Below are positions 19,740 through 30,468 of a stretch of DNA of 64,000 bases, piece by piece. The notes under the pieces were generated by a model. It worked only from the letters and a program-made list of their open reading frames with translations, ran no database searches and was not told where the DNA came from. Made by a program: the position numbers and the translations under genes. Position 1 is the first letter of the stretch; every line of letters begins with the position of its first letter. Source of the stretch: an uncultured delta proteobacterium (GTDB taxonomy: Bacteria; Desulfobacterota; Binatia; Binatales; Binataceae); NCBI GenBank assembly GCA_963765675.1, contig CAVXXK010000001.1, positions 864,001 to 928,000 on the forward strand. The letters are read 5' to 3'.

Positions 19740-21566
19740 TCACTTTTTCGGTGATGGCGATGCCGATGGCGACGGACTCGCGGACGCCGTCGGCGATTCC
19801 GTCGGCGTTGGCGATGCGCTCGGCGTCGCAGATGCGGTCGCGGTGGAAATCGGCGTCGCGGTCGCCGAGGACGTTGCTACAGGCGCGGGCGTCGGAGCAG
19901 CGCTCGGGGGCTGGCGCACGTCGATCGCGAGATCATTAATCTCGACCGCGCTCCACGCGTGCGCGGTCAACATGAAGCGCGCGGCATTCGCTGGCGTGAG
20001 CTTGCTGAAATCGGGCTTCCAGCTTTCTTCAAATCCAAACTGAAAGTTGGTCTCTGTATCCGCCGATGCGACGGAAGCAGCCCTTGTCGCGACGACGGTC
20101 GCGGCCGCGGGATCAACCGACGGCGCGAGCGCGCGCAGGTACCACCCGATCGCGGGCGCGTCGCCCGGCAAATCGGCAGTCGCACCCGAACCGGCCAACT
20201 TTATCGCGCCCTCGCATTCCGCACGGGTCTGAATTGTCGTCGCGGGTCCGTTCCACAACAGCGACGCGCGCCGCTCCCACTGCGCCTCGCTCGCGTTTGG
20301 CGCCGCGATCACCGCGCTGGTCACGAACTGCGCGTACATCGCGAGTATTGCGATCGCGGCCGCCGGATAGCGCACGATGTCCCATCCTTCGAGCTCATGC
20401 AGCCACTGGATTCCCCACGCGCCCAGAAGCGCCATCGGCACGAGGAATCCGAGCGCGAACTCGGCGCCATACGGCCGTGCGATCGTCCACACCGCCGCGC
20501 TCACGATCGTCCAGACCAGGCACCACCCGGCGAAGTACGACTTGATCCGCCGCGCGAGGACTGCGATCACGCCCGCAAGCGCCGCAAGCACGATCGCGAA
20601 TTCATAGAAGCCGGCGATCGCGAGATATAAACGCGGCGCCGAGATCGCAGACGGGCTGACCGCGTCAGCGAGCGGCGCAAGCAACGCCGCGAACCGAACC
20701 CGAAGCGCCTCGGCGCTGAGCATCTCGATAATAACCACCCACACCGCGACGAACGCGATCGCGCCCGCAACCAGCAGCCATCCGCGCCGCGTCCACCATA
20801 CGCGGATGCGCAAGACCGTGTTGCCGCCTGCGATCGCGTTGATAACTCCGACGATCGCCAGCGCGAGTATCGCCGTAAGCACATCGATCGCGCCTGCCGG
20901 CCCTGCGCTGATCGCAAGCGCGAGAGCGATCGCAAGAGCTGCCGCGCGCGTCGCTGTCGGCCGGCGAACGAGCGCCATCGCGATCGCGACCGCGAGCATC
21001 ACCAGTGCGATTGCGGCGCTGGCGGTGGTCCCGAAGCTCGAAAAGTAAAGCATCGCCGGCGAGATCGCGAACATCGCGGCCGTCGCGAGCGCCCCCGCGC
21101 GCCCAATCGCACCGCGCAGCGCGAACGCCGCGCACAGCAACAGCAACGCGCCGAGCGCCGCGACAACGCGCGCGCTCATATCCGACGCGCCGAGCGCGTG
21201 AAAGATTCCAATCTGCGCAAACCCGATCCATCCGAGCGCCCGATCCGCCGCGGCCGGATACTGCCGGCCGGCCGCCAGCGCGTATTCGCCGAGCGCGCGC
21301 GCCGCCTCGCCCGGGAACATCGGACGCGTGCTGAGCGCGGCGATCCGCGTCAGGATCGTGTATGCCGCGACAAGAATCCATCCGAGATGCTCCGCCGTGA
21401 CCACGAACAGCGGACGCTCGAGCCGACGGGCGCTGCGAACGCCGCCGTGCTGCGCCTGCGGCGGCGCGAGCGGCGGCAAAGGCACAGGTTCGACGCGATT
21501 GTGCAGATCGTGCGGATCGATTCCCAGCCGCCAGTCGTCGGACCCGCGATGTTCGTCACCAACCAT
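19740..21566 (-). CDS. Polytopic membrane protein, PMT/GT-C glycosyltransferase-like, with a Ser/Pro/Thr tail
   Basis: Many TM helices; LGASDMSAR and AISPAMLYFS resemble ArnT/PMT-family loops. Confidence 0.55.
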   Translation of the reverse strand: MVGDEHRGSDDWRLGIDPHDLHNRVEPVPLPPLAPPQAQHGGVRSARRLERPLFVVTAEHLGWILVAAYTILTRIAALSTRPMFPGEAARALGEYALAAGRQYPAAADRALGWIGFAQIGIFHALGASDMSARVVAALGALLLLCAAFALRGAIGRAGALATAAMFAISPAMLYFSSFGTTASAAIALVMLAVAIAMALVRRPTATRAAALAIALALAISAGPAGAIDVLTAILALAIVGVINAIAGGNTVLRIRVWWTRRGWLLVAGAIAFVAVWVVIIEMLSAEALRVRFAALLAPLADAVSPSAISAPRLYLAIAGFYEFAIVLAALAGVIAVLARRIKSYFAGWCLVWTIVSAAVWTIARPYGAEFALGFLVPMALLGAWGIQWLHELEGWDIVRYPAAAIAILAMYAQFVTSAVIAAPNASEAQWERRASLLWNGPATTIQTRAECEGAIKLAGSGATADLPGDAPAIGWYLRALAPSVDPAAATVVATRAASVASADTETNFQFGFEESWKPDFSKLTPANAARFMLTAHAWSAVEINDLAIDVRQPPSAAPTPAPVATSSATATPISTATASATPSASPTPTESPTASASPSPSASPSPKK

Positions 21567-21701
21567 CGATGCAAATCGCTATGTTCCCCCGCCCTGCGTG
21601 TCAACGCCGCCGCTGCGATAGTTACGAGCCCATGAAAGATCTGTTTCACACTTGTGCGACACGCTCATCCGATTATGCTTGAGTCGTTTGGGGCGGTTGC
21701 G

Positions 21702-23435
21702 ATGGCAGACGACAAGATCACTCCGGTCCGGCGCCTGTTTGGCGCGACCGTGTCATTCCTCGCGCTGGCGGCGATCATCGCGTTGTTCTTTGCCTATCGC
21801 GAGCGCGTCGCCCTGCCGATCCATCCGCCGAAATTCTCAACCTCGATCGAGCATCTTCCCTACTACGCCCTCTGCTCTTTCTACCGGATGCTGGCCGCTT
21901 ATATCGTCGCGCTGTTTTTTTCGATCGGATACGGGATGCTGGCGGCGCGCGGCGGAGTGTGGGAGCGCGTACTGATTCCGACCGTCGATATCGCGCAGTC
22001 GGTGCCGGTGGTCGGTTTCTTTCCCGCCGCGATTTTCTTTTTCGTCGCGCTCGCGCATGGCCATCAGATCGGCGTCGAGATGGCCGCGATCTTTCTCATC
22101 TTCACCAGCCAGGCATGGAACATGACGCTCGGCGTGTACGAGGCGGTGAAGACTCTTCCCGGCGATTCGAAAGAAGCGCTCGAGGCGTTCGGCGTCTCCG
22201 GATGGCTGCGGTTCAAGCGCCTGTGGATGCCGGCGTGCGTGCCCAAGCTGGTTTACAACTCGATCCTGTCGTGGGTCGCCGGATGGTATTACCTGATCGA
22301 GTGCGAGATTATCGCGGTCGGCCCGGCCAATTACCGCCTGCCGGGACTCGGCAGCTTTCTGATGGACGCCGCCGAACACGGCGCGTGGATCGAGCTCACC
22401 GCCGGGCTGCTGATCCTGCTCGTCATAATCGTGCTGATGGACGCGATCGTATGGCAGCCGCTAACGATCTGGTCCGACAAATTCCGCTACGAGTTTGCCG
22501 CGTCCTCGCAGACCGCGCGCTCGCTAGGGATGCTCGATGCGCTCGGCGGTATCGGACCCGCGATGACGCGTGCGCTGCGCGTCGTGCTGGTGCCGCCCTA
22601 TCGCGCGATCGCGCGGGCGACGGCGAAAATACCGCGCGTGACGATCGCTTCGACTCCCGCGGCGCGGCGCGCGGGGCAGTTCGTGCGGACGTTTCTGATC
22701 GCATCGGTCATCGTATTTTTTGCCTACGCGATCGGCGCCGGACTGGTTGCGCTGGCCCGCGCGCTGATCAAGCCGTGGCCCGCGGAGGCCAAGCAGATTC
22801 CGGTTGCGACGCTCGCCTCGTTTATGAGGATGGTTATCGCTTACGCGATATCGCTCGCGTGGACGGTCCCGTGCGCTCTGGCAGCCAGCGAGAGCCCGCG
22901 CTTCAACCGCTTTCTCGCGCCCGCAGCGGAGATCGTCGGTGCGATGCCCGCGACCGCGCTGTTCCCGCTGATCGTGGTGTTCGTGATCCGCGTGACCGGC
23001 CAGATGAACCTCGCGTCGATTCTGCTGATCCTGACCGGGATGCAGTGGTACCTGCTGTTCAATCTTTTGGCCGGCGTTAACCAGGTGCCCGAGGATTTGA
23101 AAGAAGCCGCGCGCGTCTTCGGACTCTCGCGCACCGCGACCTGGCGCAAGCTGATCCTTCCCGCCTCGCTGCCCTCGCTTATCACCGGCAGCCTGACCGC
23201 GTGGGGCGGAGGCTGGAATGCGCTGATCGTTTCCGAGTATTTCGTCTTCCGCGGCGATACTTATAAGGTTACCGGTCTTGGCGCGCTGCTCGATATGGCG
23301 ACCTATCAGACCCGCAACGGCACCATGATCCTTTTGAGCCTGCTGTCGATGGTCGCGGTCGTGTTAGTCTTGAATCGACTCGTCTGGCGGCGGCTATATA
23401 ACGTAGCAACCGAGCGCTACCGGCTGGACTACTAA
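21702..23435 (+). CDS. NitT/TauT-family ABC transporter permease (two domains)
   Basis: DIAQSVPVVGF, FTSQAWN, QWYLLFN, AWGGGWNALIVSE; start uncertain (21654-21702). Confidence 0.88.
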   Translation: MADDKITPVRRLFGATVSFLALAAIIALFFAYRERVALPIHPPKFSTSIEHLPYYALCSFYRMLAAYIVALFFSIGYGMLAARGGVWERVLIPTVDIAQSVPVVGFFPAAIFFFVALAHGHQIGVEMAAIFLIFTSQAWNMTLGVYEAVKTLPGDSKEALEAFGVSGWLRFKRLWMPACVPKLVYNSILSWVAGWYYLIECEIIAVGPANYRLPGLGSFLMDAAEHGAWIELTAGLLILLVIIVLMDAIVWQPLTIWSDKFRYEFAASSQTARSLGMLDALGGIGPAMTRALRVVLVPPYRAIARATAKIPRVTIASTPAARRAGQFVRTFLIASVIVFFAYAIGAGLVALARALIKPWPAEAKQIPVATLASFMRMVIAYAISLAWTVPCALAASESPRFNRFLAPAAEIVGAMPATALFPLIVVFVIRVTGQMNLASILLILTGMQWYLLFNLLAGVNQVPEDLKEAARVFGLSRTATWRKLILPASLPSLITGSLTAWGGGWNALIVSEYFVFRGDTYKVTGLGALLDMATYQTRNGTMILLSLLSMVAVVLVLNRLVWRRLYNVATERYRLDY

Positions 23436-23472
23436 CTACTCCAATGTGCGAAGACGCTGACCCCGCAGACCC

Positions 23473-24231
23473 ATGCCTCTCCTCGAGCTCCGCAACGTCT
23501 CCAAAAGCTTCTCGATCCCCAAGGGGATTCTGCTGGTGCTCGACGATATTTCGTTCACGGTCGAGGAAGGTGAGTTCGTCGCGCTGGTCGGACCGTCGGG
23601 ATGCGGCAAGTCCACGCTCCTGCGCCTGATCAATGGGATCATCCCGCTTACCTCCGGGCAAGTGCTCTATTGCGGCAAGCAGGTTGACGGGATCAATCTC
23701 GAATCGGCCCTGGTGTTCCAGTCCTTTGCGCTGCTGCCGTGGCTCTCGGTGAAAGCCAACGTCGAGATGGGCCTCGAGGCGCGAGGTCTCAGCCTGGAAG
23801 AACGCGAGAAGCGCGCGAGTATTTATATCGACAAGGTCGGCCTCGACGGCTTCGAAGAGGCCTACCCGCGCGAGCTCTCCGGCGGGATGAAACAGCGCGT
23901 CGGCTTCGCGCGCGCGATGGCGGTAGAGCCGCGCGTGCTCTTGATGGATGAGCCGTTCTCCGCGCTCGACGCCCTGACCGCGATCACGCTGCGCGAGGAA
24001 TTGCTCGATATCTGGCAGGCACCGGACATGTCGGTGAAGACGATCATCATGGTCACGCATATTATCGAAGAAGCGATCGAGCTTGCGGACCGGATTATCG
24101 TGCTCGGCTCGAGTCCGGGCCGCGTGGTCGCCGATCTCAAGGTCGATCTGCCGCGTCCGCGCGATCGCCGCTCAGACCCCTTCAACGTGTGGACCGATAA
24201 AGTCTTCTCGCTGATCGAGGAGCGCGGCTGA
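23473..24231 (+). CDS. NitT/TauT-family ABC transporter ATP-binding protein
   Basis: GPSGCGKST, LSGGMKQR, LMDEPFSALD. Confidence 0.92.
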   Translation: MPLLELRNVSKSFSIPKGILLVLDDISFTVEEGEFVALVGPSGCGKSTLLRLINGIIPLTSGQVLYCGKQVDGINLESALVFQSFALLPWLSVKANVEMGLEARGLSLEEREKRASIYIDKVGLDGFEEAYPRELSGGMKQRVGFARAMAVEPRVLLMDEPFSALDALTAITLREELLDIWQAPDMSVKTIIMVTHIIEEAIELADRIIVLGSSPGRVVADLKVDLPRPRDRRSDPFNVWTDKVFSLIEERG

Positions 24232-24716
24232 TGCCGGTAAATATCATCCCGATTCCGGACTGCCAGCTCACCTGGGTCTTCGGCCTGCTCGAGCTGCTCG
24301 AAGACCGCGGCGGCCGCGAGGACGGCTACAAGATCGCGCGCGACCTGCAGTTCAAATTCGGTGATCTGCTCAAGGTGATGAAGGCCGCCGAAATTCTGGG
24401 CCTGGTCTCCACTCCTGCCGGCGACGTCGTGCTCGATCCGCTCGGCAAGCAGTTTCTCGACAGCGACATGAACCAGCGCAAGCTGCTCATCCGCGAGCAA
24501 CTGAAAAAGCATCCGCTGTTCAGCTACCTGGTGCGCCTGCTGCGCGGACAGGAGGACCGTTCGCTCGCCAAGGAAGTCGTGCTCGAGCATCTGGCGATGC
24601 TCTTGCCGAGCGAACCGCCGCAGCGGATGTTCCAAACGATTGTAAATTGGGGGCGCTTCGCCGAGCTGTTCGGCTATAACAAGGACGAGGACCGGTTCTA
24701 TCTCGATCACGAATAA
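24231..24716 (+). CDS. Stand-alone AAA-associated C-terminal domain protein
   Basis: GLLELL...AAEILGL...GDVVL...WGRFAELFGY; coupled to the ATPase by a TGATG overlap. Confidence 0.75.
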   Translation: MPVNIIPIPDCQLTWVFGLLELLEDRGGREDGYKIARDLQFKFGDLLKVMKAAEILGLVSTPAGDVVLDPLGKQFLDSDMNQRKLLIREQLKKHPLFSYLVRLLRGQEDRSLAKEVVLEHLAMLLPSEPPQRMFQTIVNWGRFAELFGYNKDEDRFYLDHE

Positions 24717-24752
24717 GCGCGCCGCGAGCGTGCATACTGGAGGATCCAACCC

Positions 24753-25130
24753 ATGGCCGAATCAAGCTACGAAGTCGTCGAGCGCTTTTGCAAAGCGTGG
24801 AAAAATCACAACCTTGACGAAGTGATGGCGTTCTTCACCGACGACGCCGAATACCAGAACGTCCCCGTCGGACCGGGCGCAAAGGGCAAAGCGGCGGTCA
24901 AAGGCGTGATCGACACGTTCTGGGCGACGGCCAAATCGATCGAGTTCAAAGTCCTGCGCGCCGCCGCCAACGGCAACACGGTACTTAACGAACGACTCGA
25001 TATCTTCGATCTCGGCAACGGCAAGAAGATCGAGCTACCGGTCGCCGGCGTGTTCGAAGTCCGCAGCGGAAAAATCGCGCTGTGGCGCGACTACTTCGAC
25101 CTCGCGATGTACACCAAACAAATGAGTTGA
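24753..25130 (+). CDS. Limonene-1,2-epoxide hydrolase family protein
   Basis: Y.NVP, VLNERLD, LPVAGVFEV..GKI..WRDYFD. Confidence 0.88.
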   Translation: MAESSYEVVERFCKAWKNHNLDEVMAFFTDDAEYQNVPVGPGAKGKAAVKGVIDTFWATAKSIEFKVLRAAANGNTVLNERLDIFDLGNGKKIELPVAGVFEVRSGKIALWRDYFDLAMYTKQMS

Positions 25131-25135
25131 AGAGA

Positions 25136-25821
25136 CAGGCGGCCACGAAGACACCAAGACACGAAGGAGAAGCGGGGCGTTTCCAGTAGGAAAGCCTCGC
25201 TAGTTTTCTTTGTGTCTTCGTGTCTTAGTGGCCGCCTGATTTTTAACTGCCGCGCAATCTCTCCTCTCCGCCAGTAGGGCCGCCGTCCCGGCGGCCGACG
25301 CGAAGCATCTCTTTTCTGTCAGTGGATGCCGACGGCCCGTCGGCCGACGCGAAGCGTCATCTGCTCTGATCCCTCGCCCTGAAAGGGAGAGGCCAGGTGA
25401 GGGACCGAATTCAGCGCGACGCGCAGCGCCGCGCGATTATAAAGAGGAATGTTGATCGAGCCAGCGCGAGAGACGGGCGGCTCCCGAGCCGCCCCTACGA
25501 AGATCGATTTCAAGAAGACCGATTGAATTCGTAGGGGCGCGTCGCGACGCGCCCGTCTGCGCACGGCAATGATATCGCAGCATCTTGCTCATACCTTCCG
25601 CCCCCGCCGGGACAGAGCCTGTCTGCCCCTCTCCCCCCGGGAGAGGGCGGCGCGGCGCGATGCTTGCGCTTCTTTCGCAAGCATCGTGACGCGCGGGTGA
25701 GGGCGGCCTTGCTCGATCGCGGATCGGGCTTAATACCCAGATTCCTCTTTATAATCGCGCGGCGCTGCGCGCCGCGCTGATTAAGGTCCCTCACCTAACC
25801 TCTCCCTTTCAGGGCGAGGGA
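25136..25821. repeat. Intergenic mosaic of REP-like repeats, including a nested element with ~80-bp terminal inverted repeats (25371-25821)
   Basis: CCACGAAGACACCAAG hairpin, GTGGATGCCGACGGCCCGTCGG, a GTAG-REP pair (25475-25554) and a CCCTCTCCC..GGGTGAGGG unit (25627-25703); all recur elsewhere in the window. Confidence 0.85.
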
Positions 25822-25842
25822 TAAGACTCGTGCCGAGCGCCC

Positions 25843-26913
25843 CTATCCCAAAAACCGCACCGCGATTATCACGTTCGACACCACGAACGCCGCCGGCACC
25901 AGGATCCGCGACCAGTCGCGCACCTTGAGTCCGAGATCGCGCCGCCGATCCGATCTGTGCGTCACGTGCACGATCATGATCTCCAGGAACGCCAGGAACA
26001 CGAACACGTAGCATTGCAAAAAGAACGCATCGATATACGTCAGGTAGGGCACCCGCGGCATGCTCGACGAGATCGCGAACGCAAACGCGATCACGGTCAG
26101 GATGGTGGTGACCGAAACCGCAATCTGCGAGTTCAGATCGTGCGGCTCGATCCAGAATACTCCCCACGATACGCACACCATCAGGACCAGCGGCACGAAC
26201 ACCTTCCAGATGTAATACGTCGAGCGCCGCGTCACCCGCATCCCGAAGCGGACCCCGTTGAGCACCCCCGAGGCCTCATGATGCGTATGCAAAACGGGCG
26301 GCAGAACCTGCAAATCCCACTGCGCCAGCGAACTGTAAGTATTGAACTCGCTCGCCGCCCAGACCTCGGCATGGCTCAGCGTGAATATGATCTGGTTGGC
26401 GTCGGGAAGGAACGGATGAATAAAAATTTCCAGGGTCTGAGTGTCGAACGGATAGCGCTTGAGCTCGAAACGTGCCGACAACTCCGCGTTGAAACGCTCG
26501 ACGTAGGTGACGTCGCCATTGGGCGCGACGCTGATCGACGTGTCGTGGCGCTCGCGCGGCGCGGTCGCATTGACGATCTCGAGCCGCGGATTCCAGATTT
26601 CCCCCGGTTTGTAACTGCGCACCAGGTCGTCAGGTCCCTTCGATACAAACGCGAGCCGCGGATCGTTCCAGCGCGTGAACAGATACCCGTCGATATCGAA
26701 GTGCTGCGCCGAATCGTCGATCTTCGACAGGTTGATCACGTGCAGGCTGACCGACACGGTCACCGGCTTGCCGCCGACGATCGGCGGCTCCGCGCTCGGG
26801 TCGTGGTCATACGGCGGCAGCGTGGATTCAGTGGCTGCCGCCGCAATCGGGATCGCCACCATCAGCATCGCGAGCATCACCATCACTGCCACACCCGCCC
26901 ATCGCCGCATCAC
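25843..26913 (-). CDS. Prokaryotic pentameric ligand-gated ion channel (ELIC/GLIC-like)
   Basis: Signal peptide; WNDPRL, WNPRLEIVN, YPFDTQ (Pro-loop), RRSTYY, four TM helices with PRVPYLTYID. Confidence 0.88.
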   Translation of the reverse strand: MMRRWAGVAVMVMLAMLMVAIPIAAAATESTLPPYDHDPSAEPPIVGGKPVTVSVSLHVINLSKIDDSAQHFDIDGYLFTRWNDPRLAFVSKGPDDLVRSYKPGEIWNPRLEIVNATAPRERHDTSISVAPNGDVTYVERFNAELSARFELKRYPFDTQTLEIFIHPFLPDANQIIFTLSHAEVWAASEFNTYSSLAQWDLQVLPPVLHTHHEASGVLNGVRFGMRVTRRSTYYIWKVFVPLVLMVCVSWGVFWIEPHDLNSQIAVSVTTILTVIAFAFAISSSMPRVPYLTYIDAFFLQCYVFVFLAFLEIMIVHVTHRSDRRRDLGLKVRDWSRILVPAAFVVSNVIIAVRFLG

Positions 26914-26964
26914 GCCTGATCCTCCCCGCCGCTTTTCGGTCCCCCTGAGTCCTCTATATTCCTC

Positions 26965-28383
26965 TCAATCTTCTGGCCCGAGCATCTTGTTCACCTGCAC
27001 CAGCCGATCGAACTCTTCGCCCTTGAGAAACCCGAGCGCGACACACGCCTCGCGCAGCGTCGTGCCCTCGGCGTGCGCTTTCTTCGCCACCTTGGCCGCC
27101 TTGTCGTAGCCAATATGCGGGCTCAGCGCCGTCACCAGCATCAACGAGTTGCCGACGTTGCGCGCGAGCTGCTCGCGATTCGGCTCGATCCCCTCGACGC
27201 AGTATTTGCTGAACGAGACGCACGAGTTGGCCAGCAGGCTCGCCGAATGCATGAAGTTGTGGATGATGATCGGTTTGAAAACGTTGAGCTCGAAATTTCC
27301 CTGGGTGCCGGCCGCCGCGATCGCGGTGTCGTTGCCCAGCACCTGCAGGCACACCATCGTCATCGCCTCGCTCTGCGTCGGATTGACCTTGCCCGGCATG
27401 ATCGACGATCCCGGCTCATTCTCGGGCAACGACAATTCGCCCAGCCCGCAGCGCGGTCCCGAGCCCATCCATCGGATGTCGTTGGCGATCTTCATCAGCG
27501 AGCACGCAAGCGTCCGAAGCGCTCCGGAAGCCATCACCAGCGCGTCGTGCGCGGCCAGCGCGGCGAACTTGTTCGGCGCCGAGGTAAAAGGCAAGCCGGT
27601 ATAGCTCGAGATTTTCGCCGCAACTCGCCCGGCGAATTCGCGATACGTATTCAATCCGGTCCCGACTGCCGTGCCGCCGATCGCGAGCTCGTAGATATCG
27701 GGCAGCACCATCTCGATCCGTTTCAGATCGGCGTCGAGCTGCGCCACGTAGCCCGAGAACTCCTGCCCGAGCGTAAGCGGCACCGCATCCATCAGATGCG
27801 TCCGTCCGATCTTTACGATTGCTCCGAATTCCTTGGACTTCCGCGCGAGCGCGTCACGCAAAACCTTGACCGCGGGGATCAGCTGATGCACCAGCTCCTC
27901 GGCCGCCGCTATATGCATCGCGGTCGGGAACGTGTCGTTCGAGGATTGCGCCATGTTGACGTCGTCGTTGGGATGGATCGGCTTCTTGCTGCCGAGGACT
28001 CCGCCGGCCAGCTCGATCGCGCGGTTCGAGATGACTTCGTTGGCGTTCATGTTGGTCTGCGTACCGCTGCCGGTCTGCCAGATGCGCAGCGGAAAATGCT
28101 CGTCGAGCTTTCCCGCGATCACCTCGTCGGCGGCCGCGATCATCAGCCGCGCCTTTTCCTCGGGCAGCTTTTTCAGATCGCGATTAACCTCGGCCGCGGC
28201 TTTTTTCAAAAGCCCAAAGGCGCGAATCACTCCGCGCGGCATCCGGTCATTGCCGATCGCGAAATGCAGCAGCGAGCGTTCAGTCTGCGCGCCCCAGTAG
28301 CGATCGCTCTTGACCTCGATCGCGCCCATCGAATCCGTCTCGACCCGCACCGATCCGCCCGCCTTGTTATGCGTGGTGCTCAT
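26965..28383 (-). CDS. fumC: Class II fumarate hydratase
   Basis: [38 protein letters not shown] signature. Confidence 0.97.
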   Translation of the reverse strand: MSTTHNKAGGSVRVETDSMGAIEVKSDRYWGAQTERSLLHFAIGNDRMPRGVIRAFGLLKKAAAEVNRDLKKLPEEKARLMIAAADEVIAGKLDEHFPLRIWQTGSGTQTNMNANEVISNRAIELAGGVLGSKKPIHPNDDVNMAQSSNDTFPTAMHIAAAEELVHQLIPAVKVLRDALARKSKEFGAIVKIGRTHLMDAVPLTLGQEFSGYVAQLDADLKRIEMVLPDIYELAIGGTAVGTGLNTYREFAGRVAAKISSYTGLPFTSAPNKFAALAAHDALVMASGALRTLACSLMKIANDIRWMGSGPRCGLGELSLPENEPGSSIMPGKVNPTQSEAMTMVCLQVLGNDTAIAAAGTQGNFELNVFKPIIIHNFMHSASLLANSCVSFSKYCVEGIEPNREQLARNVGNSLMLVTALSPHIGYDKAAKVAKKAHAEGTTLREACVALGFLKGEEFDRLVQVNKMLGPED

Positions 28384-28429
28384 CTCAATCTTCCTTTCCC
28401 AGGTATTTCCTTTCTGCGCCTGCCATGTC

Positions 28430-28619
28430 TGTCATTCCCGCACGCGTCAGGAATCCCCCTCTTATACCCTCTCCCTCCGGGAGAGGGCGGCGCGGCGCGA
28501 TGCTTGCGCTTTCTTCGCAAGCATCGTGACACGCGGGTGAGGGTGCTGCTCTGCCGTCCGCCGCGCCATTGCAATCCGGGATTCCTCGCGCGCGGCAGCC
28601 ACGCACGCGGGAATGACAC
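28430..28619. repeat. GTCATTCC-type inverted pair enclosing a CCCTCTCCC..GGGTGAGGG repeat
   Basis: TGTCATTCCCGC..GGAATCC / GGATTCC..GCGGGAATGACA flank unit 28467-28543. Confidence 0.75.
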
Positions 28620-28780
28620 ACCGGATGCCGAGCGCCCGGGTCTCGCCACTATGATCCATATGCTTCATGAACGATTGCTCCGCCGGCCGTTTGCAGACCT
28701 TTCTTGACAGCTCATGCCGATGTAGCTTATGGACCGTACGCTCCTCAACGGGAGAAGCAAGACAAGAGGATTGACGACCC

Positions 28781-29140
28781 ATGCCCTGGACCATCACACG
28801 GCTCTGCCGCGATTGCCTTGATACCGGATGCGTTAGCGTATGCCCGGTTGACTGCATCTATGAGTACGTCGGCGCCGACAAGGAGAAATTTCCCAACCAG
28901 CTATACATCAATCCCGACGAGTGTATCGACTGCGGCGCGTGCGAACCCGAATGCCCCTGGCAGGCAATTTTCGAGGAACCCGCCGTTCCAGAAGTCTTGA
29001 AGGACGACATCGATCTGAACCACGCGATGCTGGATATCATGGACCAGTTCAAGGTCAAGCTCTTCGTCCAGACCGAGCATCCGACCTCCGAGCAAGTCGC
29101 CGAAAACAAGAAAAAGTGGGGCGTCGACCCCAACTCCTGA
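28781..29140 (+). CDS. Dicluster ferredoxin (FdxA-like)
   Basis: [17 protein letters not shown] and [12 protein letters not shown]. Confidence 0.92.
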   Translation: MPWTITRLCRDCLDTGCVSVCPVDCIYEYVGADKEKFPNQLYINPDECIDCGACEPECPWQAIFEEPAVPEVLKDDIDLNHAMLDIMDQFKVKLFVQTEHPTSEQVAENKKKWGVDPNS

Positions 29141-29229
29141 AGCACAGACCAATCGGCCACTAAGGCACAAAGACACTAAGAAAAATTTCTTTTCGTGTCT
29201 TCGTGTCTTTGTGGCCGCTTGGCTCTTTC

Positions 29230-30066
29230 TTACTCCATCGGCCATTCGCGCGTGTAGAACGCGACCATCTTCTCCTCGACTTGCGGCGGAAATTCCAGCC
29301 CGTAGCGCTCGAACGCCGCCCGTCCGAGCTTGCAGATCGTCCGGAAGATCTCGACGTGCACGTCGCGCATCGTGGCGCGATCGCCCGCGCGCATCGCGGC
29401 GCATATCTGATCGATAATCCGGCCGCACAACGCCTGCTCGTCGGGCGAGATCAGCTTTGCTCGAGTGAACATGTTGCGATGGAATGCGCGGCGGTCCTTC
29501 TCCAGCAGCATCAGCGGGATAATCGCCGTCTCAACCAGCAGGATCTCGTTGAACAGGAACGTATTGACTTGTCCGCGCGCGAGAATCCGGACCGGCCACG
29601 TCGCTCCTTGCAAAAATCCCAGGATATTGAAACGCAGCGCCCCCTTGATCGCGGCCTCACCGCGATCTTCTCCAATCTTGAGCTGCGAGTAGATTCGTTC
29701 CGGGCCCCAAAGCCGCTTCACCTTGATCCGCTGATGCCCCCCGATGACGCTCTCGCGCTCGAAAAACACGTCGAGCTTGACCGGCCCTTCGACCAAGCAT
29801 CCGACTCCGGTCAGCCCCGCTATATCGGTTGATACGAGGAGCGGCGCGAAGGTCCCGATTACCTTCATCCGATTCGCCCAGACCTCGTCCCACGCTTTGT
29901 CATCGACGCACAGGTAGAGATCGATATCGGAATACGAATCCGCCGATCCGTCGGCAAGGCTGCCTTCGAGCCATCCCGCTGGGAACCGCGAATCAGCGCT
30001 GAGAATTTCTCTTGCGCGAGCAATCAGCTCGCTGCGGCGAACCTCGAACGGCACCGTCTGGTTCAT
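29230..30066 (-). CDS. Nucleotidyltransferase-domain protein
   Basis: GSLADGSADSYSDIDL Pol-beta NTase motif. Confidence 0.75.
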   Translation of the reverse strand: MNQTVPFEVRRSELIARAREILSADSRFPAGWLEGSLADGSADSYSDIDLYLCVDDKAWDEVWANRMKVIGTFAPLLVSTDIAGLTGVGCLVEGPVKLDVFFERESVIGGHQRIKVKRLWGPERIYSQLKIGEDRGEAAIKGALRFNILGFLQGATWPVRILARGQVNTFLFNEILLVETAIIPLMLLEKDRRAFHRNMFTRAKLISPDEQALCGRIIDQICAAMRAGDRATMRDVHVEIFRTICKLGRAAFERYGLEFPPQVEEKMVAFYTREWPME

Positions 30067-30128
30067 GGCCTCAGAATGACTCGCGAGCCTTCTCGAGTCA
30101 CGTCACGCGCAAGCTTGGTTCCACCTAA

Positions 30129-30237
30129 CCGACACCGTGTCGGAAAGTTTTTGGAAATTTTGTGCCTAACACTTATTCAACATCTGTGATTTATTAATGT
30201 ATCGGAGGTTGGATGCCAGCTACCGACACGATGTCGG
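30129..30237. promoter_or_regulatory. Two CCGACA-N3-TGTCGG palindromes, putative operators
   Basis: CCGACACCGTGTCGG at 30129-30143 and CCGACACGATGTCGG at 30223-30237; the motif recurs at 31899 and 31973. Confidence 0.6.
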
Positions 30238-30381
30238 GAACCATCCGTGATGCGATCCCTTCTTCAGTCTCGATCGCACAAATCTCCTTGTGAAATCAGT
30301 AGAATTTTAAAATCTTCATTAGTTGTTCTTCTTGAGAAAACAATGTTATCGAATCTTATAAACGAGCTATATTGTGAAAGT

Positions 30382-30468
30382 TTGACAAATCACGTCAGTT
30401 TCTCTAATGGTGACCATCCGGGGAATACCGCGGCAATCACGCCGCCATTAATCTTTCGGAGGCGGTTC
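30382..30468 (+). promoter_or_regulatory. Conserved promoter and 5' leader of DUF1329 paralogue 1
   Basis: TTGACA-N17-TAATGG, TTGACA 87 nt before the ATG, as in paralogues 2 and 3. Confidence 0.65.

Noticed and set aside
30247-30468. N-terminal extensions of DUF1329 paralogues 1 and 2 in the ORF track
   Set aside because: They run through the conserved promoter; the RBS, signal peptide and paralogue 3 place the starts at 30469 and 32220.
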